DNA from: Rhodospirillales bacterium
GTDB lineage: Bacteria > Pseudomonadota > Alphaproteobacteria > Rhodospirillales > UBA2165
DNA: 64,000 bases
Direction of reading: 5' to 3'
NCBI GenBank assembly: GCA_965207535.1
Contig: CBDBMR010000004.1
Location: forward strand, 18,788-82,787
Position 1 is the first letter of the stretch. Each line of letters starts with the position of its first letter. The position numbers and the translations under genes were made by a program. The notes under the pieces are model-generated. The model had not been told where the DNA came from. It made no database searches and was given only the letters and a program-made list of their open reading frames with translations. Below are positions 24,092 through 32,634 of this stretch, in pieces.

Positions 24092-25490
24092 TGCGGGGTC
24101 GTGGGCGCCGCGCCCCGTTAGGCTAAGCAAGGAGAGTGACCATGGGTGAGTACGTTGGCTTTGATGTTTCGAAGGAAGAGACAGCATTTTGCGTGAAGGA
24201 CGGTGCAGGAGAGATTTTGGCGCAAGGCAAGGCGGAGACCGACCCTCGGGCGTTGTTTGAGGTGTTGAAGGAGCATTGTCTGTGTCCGGATCGGATTGTT
24301 CTGGAGACCGGGACACTGTCGGGCTGGCTGGCACGGAGTCTGGACGAGATGGGGATTGCGGTGGAAGTGATCGATGCCCGCCAGGCCCATGCGGTGATGC
24401 GTCTTCAACACAACAAGACCGATGCCAAGGACGCCGAGCTTCTGGCGGAGATCGCGCGCACCGGCTTCTGCCGCCCTGTATCGGTGAAGAGCGAGTTGGC
24501 CCAGGAGAGTCGGGTTCTGCTCAAGGCTCGGTCTCACCTGGTGCGCCAGCGCCGCGATACTCACAACACGATCCGGGGTCTTCTTGCCTCGTTGGGGATC
24601 CGTTTTCCCAAGGGCACGAGCAAGCTGCTCCGCGGAGTGCGCGCGCAGCTCGAGGACCGTCCCGAGCTACGCCCGGCGATTGCGCCGTTGCTGTCCTCGC
24701 TCACGGCGCTGGACAGCACGATTGCGGAGCTGGATGAGGCGGTCGCTGCGCGCGTCAAGGACGATCCGGCCTGCCGCCTGCTGATGACCGTGCCCGGAGT
24801 CGGACCGCTCACGGCGCTGGCCTATGTGAGTACCATCGGCGACGCCGGGCGCTTCGCCCGATCGCGCAGCTTGGGCGCTTATCTCGGGCTGACCTCCAGA
24901 CGTTGGCAATCGGGCGAGATGGATTACAGCGGGTGCATCTCCAAGCACGGCGACGCGATGCTGCGCAGCTTATTGTACGAGGCCGCCAACAGCCTGCTTG
25001 TGGTGGTGCGCCGGGCCCATCCGCTCAAGGACTGGGCGCGGCGGATCAAAAAGCGGACCAGCCACAAGAAGGCCTGCGTGGCCCTGGCGCGCAAGCTTGC
25101 GGTGATCCTCCATCGCATGTTGATCACTGGCGAGCCGTTCCGCTGGCCGGCCCGAGAGATTCAGGCGGCATGAGTGAGAGAACGGACTGCGTAGACGACG
25201 GTAACGAGCACGAGGAGACAACATAGTTCCGCACGAGCGGAAAGGCGCGTCCCCGCCGGGACGTCGGCCGAGGCCATCCCGTTTTATGTGTTGCAAGGCG
25301 GCTCAGGCCGCCAACAATGCGTCCTCTGACCCTGGGAGGCCGAAGCCAAAGGGCACCATCATGAAGCAAGCCAGCCAGAGCGCCGGCAAAGACTTCGTAG
25401 ACAACCCTGTACCCGGCGGCGGCAAGCCCGGAGGAGTTGACCCGAACGCCGGAATTAGACAACACATTTAGAGCGATGGGGGTTATGACG
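24092..25490 (+). mobile_element. IS110-family insertion sequence (IS1111-like layout: short 5' end, long 3' non-coding end); boundaries approximate
   Basis: The high-GC block begins right after the stop codon of the low-GC upstream gene and ends where the low-GC sequence resumes, near 25480-25500. Only 44 nt precede the transposase ATG, while about 300 nt follow its stop codon. Confidence 0.6.
24136..25173 (+). CDS. IS110-family transposase, full length (345 aa)
   Basis: SD AAGGAGAG upstream. N-terminus YVGFDVSKEETAFCV carries the first Asp of the DEDD motif. C-terminus: LMTVPGVGPLTALAYVSTIGDAGRFARSRSLGAYLGLTSRRWQSGEMDYSGCISKHGDAMLRSLLYEAA...KKACVALARKLAVILHRML. Confidence 0.9.
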   Translation: MTMGEYVGFDVSKEETAFCVKDGAGEILAQGKAETDPRALFEVLKEHCLCPDRIVLETGTLSGWLARSLDEMGIAVEVIDARQAHAVMRLQHNKTDAKDAELLAEIARTGFCRPVSVKSELAQESRVLLKARSHLVRQRRDTHNTIRGLLASLGIRFPKGTSKLLRGVRAQLEDRPELRPAIAPLLSSLTALDSTIAELDEAVAARVKDDPACRLLMTVPGVGPLTALAYVSTIGDAGRFARSRSLGAYLGLTSRRWQSGEMDYSGCISKHGDAMLRSLLYEAANSLLVVVRRAHPLKDWARRIKKRTSHKKACVALARKLAVILHRMLITGEPFRWPAREIQAA

Positions 25491-25708
25491 TGGTGCGGTC
25501 AAGATCGGAAAGACCAGTTTACTTCCCCGTGCTAAATTAGCCTGTATCGATTCAGTTAGATTATGGAATGAATCGTGGCGCTGATTCCAGCCAGTTACCT
25601 AATAGCAGTCGTTTCTCTCGGGACATTCGACGACTCGTTTGAACACGTCGGTACGGGGTTTCTGTACGCCCACCCCCTACCCAATAGGCGGAACCGGACA
25701 GGCGCGCG

Positions 25709-26176
25709 GTGAAATTCACCCCTGAAATTCTGGTGCCGATGTTTCGGAAGGCCGCAACACTGCGTAACGAAATGCTGGCGGCAGGATTTACCGACAACGG
25801 TGGGGCCATTCACAGCGCCGAGCGGATACTGGATATCCTGGGCGTCCGCCTCAATTATCCGGTTCTGTCTCATATCAACAACCTTTGCGAATACCCGGAC
25901 GCGGAATTTTCCGAGGCGGCCTGGGCCGCCCATGAACGAGGCGAGCAAGTCTTCATTGAACACGTCTCGCCCACGAGAGACTTCACCCGCCATGCGATAA
26001 GGCTTCTCGACGAAGGGGCGAGTGACGAAGAATTCACTGATTATGTCGTTGAACACTACCGGCTGGTCTTACTGACCAAGGAAGAAAGGCAGCGCCTGGA
26101 TAGGATCAACCGCTCTCGAATGACGCCGGACCGATTGGGTGAAGCCGGTATCCAGGTTCAGCGGCGAGCCGGCTGA
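25709..26176 (+). CDS. Hypothetical protein, possible small His-Me-finger (DUF1524-like) nuclease
   Basis: GEQVFIEHVSPTRDF and a later YRLVLLTKEERQRLDRINRS resemble the (D/E)H-x-x-P ... hhLLt...N pattern. The start is uncertain (GTG at 25709 or ATG at 25739). Confidence 0.35.
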   Translation: MKFTPEILVPMFRKAATLRNEMLAAGFTDNGGAIHSAERILDILGVRLNYPVLSHINNLCEYPDAEFSEAAWAAHERGEQVFIEHVSPTRDFTRHAIRLLDEGASDEEFTDYVVEHYRLVLLTKEERQRLDRINRSRMTPDRLGEAGIQVQRRAG

Positions 26177-26386
26177 CGGTTGCAGCAACGCACGATTTTT
26201 GTGCGACTACGAATAGCGCTCTCGGCTTCGATTGTTGGAAGGGGCAGAAGGCGACAAGTGATGGATATTGAACGTCAGAAATATCGCGAAGAAAACACGC
26301 GCTGGCAGGGGGTTTCATTTGAGGAGATACGCTAAATCCAATTGAGCTAAGCCGAGGCGCTTCAATCTGATTCAAATGCGTTTCAC

Positions 26387-26758
26387 TTAGGACAGACCTA
26401 TGGCTTCCTTGCCCAATTCAACCAAACACGCCTTTAGCACATCGAATGCGAGGCCGCCCGTTGTTTCAAGGCATTTCTCCTTTGCCTTCTTCCAAATTGT
26501 ATCGTTTCGGGCAGCATCCAAAAAATCATGACCTTCCCATGTCATCCCGTAGATCTCGCACCGCGTGATCCTGTGGGCGCGTCCGTCACCGCTCGGAATG
26601 GTAACCCCTTTGACCAGCCCATGTTCGATCATGAGTTCTACATGAAGCTTGGTTTCCTCCTCGCTGTGGCCGGTAACATCAAGTTTGATTTCCTTTCCGG
26701 GATCGGTCGCTTCGATCTGCAAAAGGATTCCACGGACAAGGTCCATATTTCGTTTCAT
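26387..26758 (-). CDS. DUF2513-family protein (winged-helix-like)
   Basis: The ATG at 26758 is preceded by AGGGGG. MKRNMDLVRGILLQIEA...HVELMIEHGLVKG...ITRCEIYGMTWEGHDFLDAARNDTIWKKAKEK matches the usual DUF2513 opening and core. Confidence 0.6.
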   Translation of the reverse strand: MKRNMDLVRGILLQIEATDPGKEIKLDVTGHSEEETKLHVELMIEHGLVKGVTIPSGDGRAHRITRCEIYGMTWEGHDFLDAARNDTIWKKAKEKCLETTGGLAFDVLKACLVELGKEAIGLS

Positions 26759-26886
26759 GCAAACCCCCTGTCGGTCTTCGGCTTTTTGACCCCGAACATC
26801 ATGATCGCGGTTAGCGCGGTAGGGGGACAACTTTGCGATGATTCGGCCCAAGGTCAACGGTTTCCCGGATCGACAGGGGGTCTCGA

Positions 26887-28095
26887 TCAAAGCTGGCGGT
26901 CCCGGTCCAACCGAGGAGGTGGGCGGGACGATGTCCGGCCGCATGGGAGGCGCATCGCCTCGGCGATCAAGCTCCCGACCTTCTCCGCCGCCTCGACCAG
27001 ATGGCCGTCGTCAAGGTGGGCGTATCCCGCCGTGGTCTCGTACCGCCGGTGACCGAGCAGCTTTCCGACCAGCGCCAGGTTCTCACCCGCCATGACGGCC
27101 TGGCTGGCCGCCGTGTGGCGCAGGTCGTGCAGGCGCAGGCGGCCAAGCCCCGCATCTTCACAGACCGTCCGCCAGCAGTTCGTGAGAACCCAGATTCCCC
27201 GGCCTTCGGCATGGCGCGGAAACAGGAACGCATCCGGGTCGCCAGGACCGGGCAGCACCTCGATGAGCGCCCGCGCGGCCTCGCCGAGCGGCACGGCGCG
27301 CGGGCCGGTTTTCGAATCTTCGAGGTTCAACGCATCCGCGCTGACATTGCGCCAGCGCAGATTCAGAACTTCGCTGCGGCGGCACCCGGTCAGGGCCAGC
27401 AGCCGGATCGCAGCGACGGCCTCGGGCCAGCGGTCCTCATGGGCGTCGAGCGCACGCCCGAGTCGCGTCAGTTCATCGGTATCGAGGAACCGCGCGACCT
27501 TCTTCCTCGGGTTCTTCCGGATACCCAGGCAGGGGTTGGTGTCCCGCTCGCGCATTCCCCACTCCTCGGCCCGGAACATCATCGCGCGCAGGATCTCGAG
27601 CGCGCGGTTGGCCGCGCCGGGTTTGTCCCTGCTCGCCGCGTCGAACCACGCGGCCACGTCCTCCAGACCGATTTGGTCGAGAGGCATCCTGCCGAACGTG
27701 GGCAGGATGCGGGCTTTCAGGTAGATGCGCACGGTCCTGCGCCCGGAGGGCTTCCAGTGCGGATCGCAGCGCCGCAGATACTCGTCTGAAAACTCCCGCA
27801 GCGTCGGGGTCTGCTTGTCTTTCTGGATGTCGTCCGCGGGATTATCGCCCGCGCGGATGCGGGCGAGCATGTCGCGGGCGCGGCGGCGGGCCTCCACGAG
27901 CTCCATCTCTCCATGCCGGGCGATGACGATGCGGCGGCTCCGCCCCTCGATGCGGGCCTGCACGATCCAGATCTTGCTGCCCGAGGGATGGATGCGAAGG
28001 CCGAAGCCGGGCAAAGCCTTGTCGAACAGGATGGTGTCCTTCGGGCCGGGCCGGCTCGCGCGGGCCAGCTTCGCGGTAAGATCAACCCTTGGCAT
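26887..28095 (-). CDS. P4-type tyrosine integrase (DUF4102 arm-binding N-domain), downstream member of an overlapping pair
   Basis: The ATG at 28095 is preceded by GGGAGAG. N-terminus: FDKALPGFGLRIHPSGSKIWIVQARIEGRSRRIVIARHGEM. Catalytic residues: LTGCRRSE, LHDLRHTAAS, LGHRRYETTAGYAHL. Confidence 0.85.
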   Translation of the reverse strand: MPRVDLTAKLARASRPGPKDTILFDKALPGFGLRIHPSGSKIWIVQARIEGRSRRIVIARHGEMELVEARRRARDMLARIRAGDNPADDIQKDKQTPTLREFSDEYLRRCDPHWKPSGRRTVRIYLKARILPTFGRMPLDQIGLEDVAAWFDAASRDKPGAANRALEILRAMMFRAEEWGMRERDTNPCLGIRKNPRKKVARFLDTDELTRLGRALDAHEDRWPEAVAAIRLLALTGCRRSEVLNLRWRNVSADALNLEDSKTGPRAVPLGEAARALIEVLPGPGDPDAFLFPRHAEGRGIWVLTNCWRTVCEDAGLGRLRLHDLRHTAASQAVMAGENLALVGKLLGHRRYETTAGYAHLDDGHLVEAAEKVGSLIAEAMRLPCGRTSSRPPPRLDRDRQL

Positions 28096-29272
28096 GATCG
28101 CACTCTCCCTTGTTCTTCGCACCGTTTCCGGCCAGGGCCGCATGGATGCGGTTCGATACCCGGTCGGCGGCGTCCGTGACCGACCGGTCCGACAGATGGA
28201 CGTATCGCTCGGTCGTCTCGACCAGCGAATGGCCCAGCAGCTTGGCGATGGTCACCATGTCCAGGCCGTTCATGGCCGCGATCGAAGCCCAGCTATGGCG
28301 CAAATCGTGCAGCCGCAGACCGGGCAGTCCGGCCTCGGCGCGGATGCGGTTCCAATGGGACGCGATGTTGTCGATGGGCCGCGTCGGCGGACGGACGGGA
28401 AACAGATACGGGCAATCCTCGCCATAGCGCGGGATGGCGTCGATCACGGCCCGCGCCGCGCTCGACAGCCAGACCGTACGCGGACCCGACTTCGAGTCGG
28501 GAAGGAATATCCGCTTGCCCTTGATCCAGTCCCATTCGAGCGAGGCGATTTCGCCGAAGCGGCAGCCGGTCAGCATCAGCAAACGGATGACGGCGACGGC
28601 CTGGGGGCAATAGAACTCGTCGCGGGTGAGCACGGCGTTAAGCCGGGCCATCTCCTCGGCGTCGAGGAACCGCTCCTTCGGCTCCATCCTGTATCGTTTG
28701 GCGTTCTTGCACGGATTGGAGTTGTGCCGGCGGTATCCCCAAAGCTCGGCCATGCGCATCATCATGGACAGCACCGGCATGGCGCGGTTGGCGACGCCGG
28801 GCCGCCCGGCCATGGACGCGAACCAGTCCTTGACGTGCTCGGACGCGATGGCGTCCACGGTCAGATGACCGAAGGCGGGCAGGATGTCCTTGCGGACCAT
28901 GTAGGCGTTGGTCTCCTGGGTCCGGGGCTTCCAGTGCCGGGCCTGCCGGTCGAGGAATTCCTCCGCGAAGGCATCCATCGGATGCCCCGGCGTCCTGGGG
29001 CCGCCGCCGTTCTTCACCGTTTCGGTGAAGGCGGCAATCAGCCTGCGGGCTTCGGCGCGCGCCTCCGGGACCGTCATGGTCTCGGCATTGCCCACGGTGG
29101 CGTAGCGCCTGCGGCCGCGCAACGTGGTCTCCAGCGTGAAGCTGCGCGCGCCGCTCGGGAAGACACGGAGCCTCAGGCCGGGCACCGCGTCGTCGCGGAC
29201 GTCGAAGCGCTTGTCGCGGGGCTTGGCGGCGCGGACGCGCCGGGCGAAGGTGGATTTGGTCTGCTCGCTCAT
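28082..29272 (-). CDS. P4-type tyrosine integrase (DUF4102 N-domain), upstream member of the overlapping pair
   Basis: SD GAGGAG upstream. N-terminus: VRDDAVPGLRLRVFPSGARSFTLETTLRGRRRYATVGNAETM. Catalytic residues: LTGCRFGE, LHDLRHSWAS, LGHSLVETTERYVHL. Its stop codon at 28082-28084 lies 14 nt inside the next integrase ORF. Confidence 0.85.
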   Translation of the reverse strand: MSEQTKSTFARRVRAAKPRDKRFDVRDDAVPGLRLRVFPSGARSFTLETTLRGRRRYATVGNAETMTVPEARAEARRLIAAFTETVKNGGGPRTPGHPMDAFAEEFLDRQARHWKPRTQETNAYMVRKDILPAFGHLTVDAIASEHVKDWFASMAGRPGVANRAMPVLSMMMRMAELWGYRRHNSNPCKNAKRYRMEPKERFLDAEEMARLNAVLTRDEFYCPQAVAVIRLLMLTGCRFGEIASLEWDWIKGKRIFLPDSKSGPRTVWLSSAARAVIDAIPRYGEDCPYLFPVRPPTRPIDNIASHWNRIRAEAGLPGLRLHDLRHSWASIAAMNGLDMVTIAKLLGHSLVETTERYVHLSDRSVTDAADRVSNRIHAALAGNGAKNKGECDHAKG

Positions 29273-30264
29273 GATCGCGGCTCCTCGTTCAGGCCGCGCG
29301 GCTGAGCCGTAGGACAGGAAGCAGCCGCGGCGGCGTTTCGTCGGGGAAGCCGCGCGGCGGCGCGGGACGGGACGGGCCGTAAAGCCCTGTAATCACCGAA
29401 CTTTTCGTCCCAACAAGGGGTGGCGGGCGCTGGCGGGAAGTGCACCTTCGGTGCGTCAGGTGTGACGAAACAACCGCTCCGCGGTCCAGAAGGCTAAAAT
29501 CGTGCAGCGATTTTTGTGGGGGAATCGCCGCCGGCGAGAGCGGCGGCGGCGGTGTCCACACCGGTGCGGATAGAGAGAAGACGGGACCGGAATCGGTGAA
29601 CGGGATCGGGTGGTGACGTGGCGGGGCGACGATGCGTCGGCGGCAGCCAGATGGTTGCAGGCGCCGCGGCGGCATCGGCCGGGACGGACGACGGCGATAT
29701 TGAGCGGATGAGATGATGGCCGAACGGCCGATATCTCGCCGCCGCCCGCCCTCGGCTGCCGGCGCCTCTGGCGTCCGGGTCACCGGCATGGAGCCTGGGC
29801 GGTGAAAATCGCGGTCGGCACGCCCGGCACATGGGCCTGGGCCTCGGCCTCGCCGGGTTGTTCGGCCCGGTGCCTGTCGCCGGCGGAGGACCATCGAAAG
29901 CGGCATCGCCCCCATAATCGCGCTGTTGGCGACAGGACGGCGATACACATGACGGCGGGTGGCGGGCCGACGGCACGTGCCGGAAGCCGCCGCGAGCCCG
30001 GCCCCCGGGCACATCCTGCCGGAATGGGCCGTCGAGACGCGGGCCGCTAGACGCGCCCCGGAAGAACTGTTCTTCTCGGCGGCCGGTGAAGCGGAGCTGC
30101 GATACGGCGCGGCAATGGGCTGCGCTCGACCGGCCGGGCGCTACGATCACGGTCGGGCAATTCGGCAATCAAGAGCGCGCGCTGGAGTTTGATTAAACCG
30201 CCGTTGCTTTCAGGGGACGAACTCAACTAGGGTACCGGCATCGCAGCCACGGGCGCCAATCGTC

Positions 30265-31017
30265 ATGAAGATTCTGACCACCGCACTGATCTGCGTCCTG
30301 CTCTCCTTCGCGCCCGCAATCGGTGGCGATGCGGCCGGCGACAAGCTGCGCATCGGCGTGGATCCCGGCTACCCGCCCTTCAGCGGAACCGACGATGCGG
30401 GCCGGCTTCAGGGCTTCGACATCGACATCGCCAAGGCGCTGTGCGCGAAGCTGGAAACGGAATGCGCGTTCGTGCCAACACTGTGGGAGGGGTTGATCCC
30501 GGGGCTGCTCGCCGGGACCTTCGACGCCATCGTCTCCAGCATGTCGATAACCGAAAAGCGCCGGCAACTGGTCGCGTTCACGGACCGCTACTACAGCAAT
30601 GTCGTCCGCTTCGTCGCGCGGAAGGGCTCGGGCTTCGATCCGGCCGCGCCGGCGGGACGGGTCATCGGCGCGGCCCGCGCGACCATCGCCTCGGACTGGC
30701 TGGAAGCCAACATGGAGGAGCTTGCGGAGATCAGGCTATTCGGCGGACAGGGGGCGCTCCGCCGGGCGCTGCTGGAGGGCCGGGTGGACGCTGCGTTCGG
30801 CGACGGGCTGGGCTTCTGGACCTGGCTCCGCAGCCCGGCGGGCGCGGACTTCGCGTTCGCGGGCGAAGGATACCGCCTCGACGAAGGCATCGGCATTGCC
30901 GTGCGCAAGGAGGACGAGACCCTGCGCGGTCGTCTCAACCGGGCGCTCCGGGACATCCGCCGCGACGGCGCCTACCGCGGGATCAACGCGAAATACTTTC
31001 CGTTCGACATTTACTGA
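30265..31017 (+). CDS. Periplasmic amino-acid-binding protein (ABC family-3 SBP, His/Lys/Arg/Orn type); orphan, with no permease or ATPase gene nearby
   Basis: It has a signal peptide. LRIGVDPGYPPFSGTDDAGRLQGFDIDIAKALCAKL...WEGLIPGLLAGTFDAIVSSMSITEKRR is the SBP_bac_3 pattern. Confidence 0.8.
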   Translation: MKILTTALICVLLSFAPAIGGDAAGDKLRIGVDPGYPPFSGTDDAGRLQGFDIDIAKALCAKLETECAFVPTLWEGLIPGLLAGTFDAIVSSMSITEKRRQLVAFTDRYYSNVVRFVARKGSGFDPAAPAGRVIGAARATIASDWLEANMEELAEIRLFGGQGALRRALLEGRVDAAFGDGLGFWTWLRSPAGADFAFAGEGYRLDEGIGIAVRKEDETLRGRLNRALRDIRRDGAYRGINAKYFPFDIY

Positions 31018-31122
31018 CCCGCCGGGACGGCTTGATCCGGCGGCCGGCGGCGCGTAGGGTTCCGGGACTGATCAGCCCCTTCCTATCCCCTGGGTTCCTG
31101 ATTGGTGAACGAACCTGCTACC

Positions 31123-31163
31123 GAAGCCGCCCGGGTTTGGCGTCCGGGCGGCTTCACCTTTTC
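31123..31163 (+). terminator. Rho-independent terminator candidate downstream of the SBP gene
   Basis: GAAGCCGCCCGG (31123-31134), a 9-nt loop, then CCGGGCGGCTTC (31144-31155), followed by ACCTTTT. Confidence 0.6.
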
Positions 31164-31742
31164 AGGCCGCCGGATCCCCTAAGGCACAAAGCGAAGCGAC
31201 TGCCTTGGACTGCCGAAAACCGCCTGAAACAGGCAGTCCAGGTCAGTCCCGGTCAAGATTTTTGACCGTTCTTCGCTGAATGCCCGGCTTCAGTTTGTGC
31301 CTTATGTGGCGGCGGGCGAAGCCGCGCTCAGGACCGGCGGCACGTGCAATCCCCGCTTGCGAGGCCTCGGAGCGCTTTACGGGCAGCGGTGAAGGGCGAG
31401 TATGGCAATCGAACTCCGGAGATTAGTCGCGGCGCCATAATCCGACCGGGCGGTGATTTGCCGCTCGACCAAACCGCGGTGCTTCAACTCGGCGGCGGCG
31501 CGGCAGATGCGCGTTACCGGCAGCAACACGCCCGGCTCCGGCGGTTGGCGCCTGGGACGCCGGCGGCCCGCCGGTTCCCATGGGGAACACGGGTGAAGCG
31601 CGCCGGATGGACCGGCGGCCGAGTGGAAGGTTCGACGGGTTGCGGTTGGAATTGGAGAAAAGAAGCCCCGCCGCACGAGGGGACTCGGCGGCGGGGCAAG
31701 GCAGCGGGCGACTCCATGTAACCCACTGCCGGTCGGCAGGAA

Positions 31743-31790
31743 CCTAAATCAAGATGAAGCCGCCCGAGGTCGGACAGCCCGGGCGGCTTC
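31743..31790 (-). terminator. Hairpin/terminator candidate downstream of 31937..32227; its stem sequence is nearly identical to the one at 31123
   Basis: On the minus strand, GAAGCCGCCCG pairs with CGGGCGGCTTC, followed by ATCTTGATTT. Confidence 0.45.
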
Positions 31791-31936
31791 ACGGGAGTAG
31801 TGGAAGATCGAAGTTGCGTTCGTTCTTCCATCAACCGGGCCGCTTCTCCACCGGAAAGGACCGTAACCGGAGCGGCCTGGTTGATGACAGGCTATTTGCC
31901 CGCGGTCCCCAACGCAAACGGAATTGGTCAGGCCTC

Positions 31937-32227
31937 TCATATCTGGATGATCGCCCGGACCGTCCCGAAATCGACGATGGCAAAGTCGCAACGCGGCTGG
32001 TTCCGGATCGGCCGGGCGTTCCGGAAGTAGACGGCGTGTTCATCTTCGCGCCGCTGACCGGGCTCGTGCCAGGCGTTTAGCCGCTCGTTGTCGATGGTGG
32101 CAACTGTCTCCGAGGTTAAAATCACGGAGTCGTTGTCGGTCTGCCGTTCTGCAAGATAGCCAGAGAGCTTTTCGGCGGCGGCGTTGATCCGGTCCCAGTC
32201 GGCTTCGGTCAATTGGGAAAGGTCCAT
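31937..32227 (-). CDS. Hypothetical protein (96 aa)
   Basis: ATG at 32227. MDLSQLTEADWDRINAAAEKLSGYLAERQTDNDSVILTSE... No recognisable domain. Confidence 0.45.
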   Translation of the reverse strand: MDLSQLTEADWDRINAAAEKLSGYLAERQTDNDSVILTSETVATIDNERLNAWHEPGQRREDEHAVYFRNARPIRNQPRCDFAIVDFGTVRAIIQI

Positions 32228-32634
32228 TCCATTTTCCCTGTTTGTAACCGAGCCGGGGCGCACGCTTCGGGCCGGTGTCTTATGGCGCCATGACCTTGGC
32301 GTCCGCATTGTTGCGCCTGGCCCATTGCCGCGCCGTCCCGCGGATGTGGAAAGAGCCTGGGCACGAGGCCCAGGCTCCCTGAAGTAGCCATGTGGTTACC
32401 AACCACACCGACAAAAAGGACGGCATCGACGCCAGCCTCACCGCCTTAATTGTCGAAACATCGAAGCAACCGCAAGGTAAGGAATCGCCTCGATGTCTGA
32501 CGCCACAACACCGTTACGGGAGAAACCGTGATGTCGGGCGCCACGATAATCTCCCCCGCGGCCGGGCGCAAGGCGCGCATCCCGGCGGGCGGCGGGACGG
32601 CGGCGCAGCACGGCGAGCCCCCGCCGCGGCGGGG

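Noticed and set aside
29289-30168. 241-aa and 224-aa minus-strand ORFs
   Set aside because: They overlap each other, are extremely Arg/Pro/Ala-rich, and have no SD or motif.
31395-31482. tRNA-like strings (GGTCGAGCGG and GAGTTCGATTGCC on the minus strand)
   Set aside because: I could not pair a 5-bp T-stem around TTCGATT, nor a 7-bp acceptor stem, nor find an anticodon arm. At best this is a decayed fragment.
31340-31760. Possible (permuted) tmRNA as a target of the P4-type integrases
   Set aside because: There is no T-arm/CCA acceptor piece, and no ANDN...AA-type tag reading frame on either strand.
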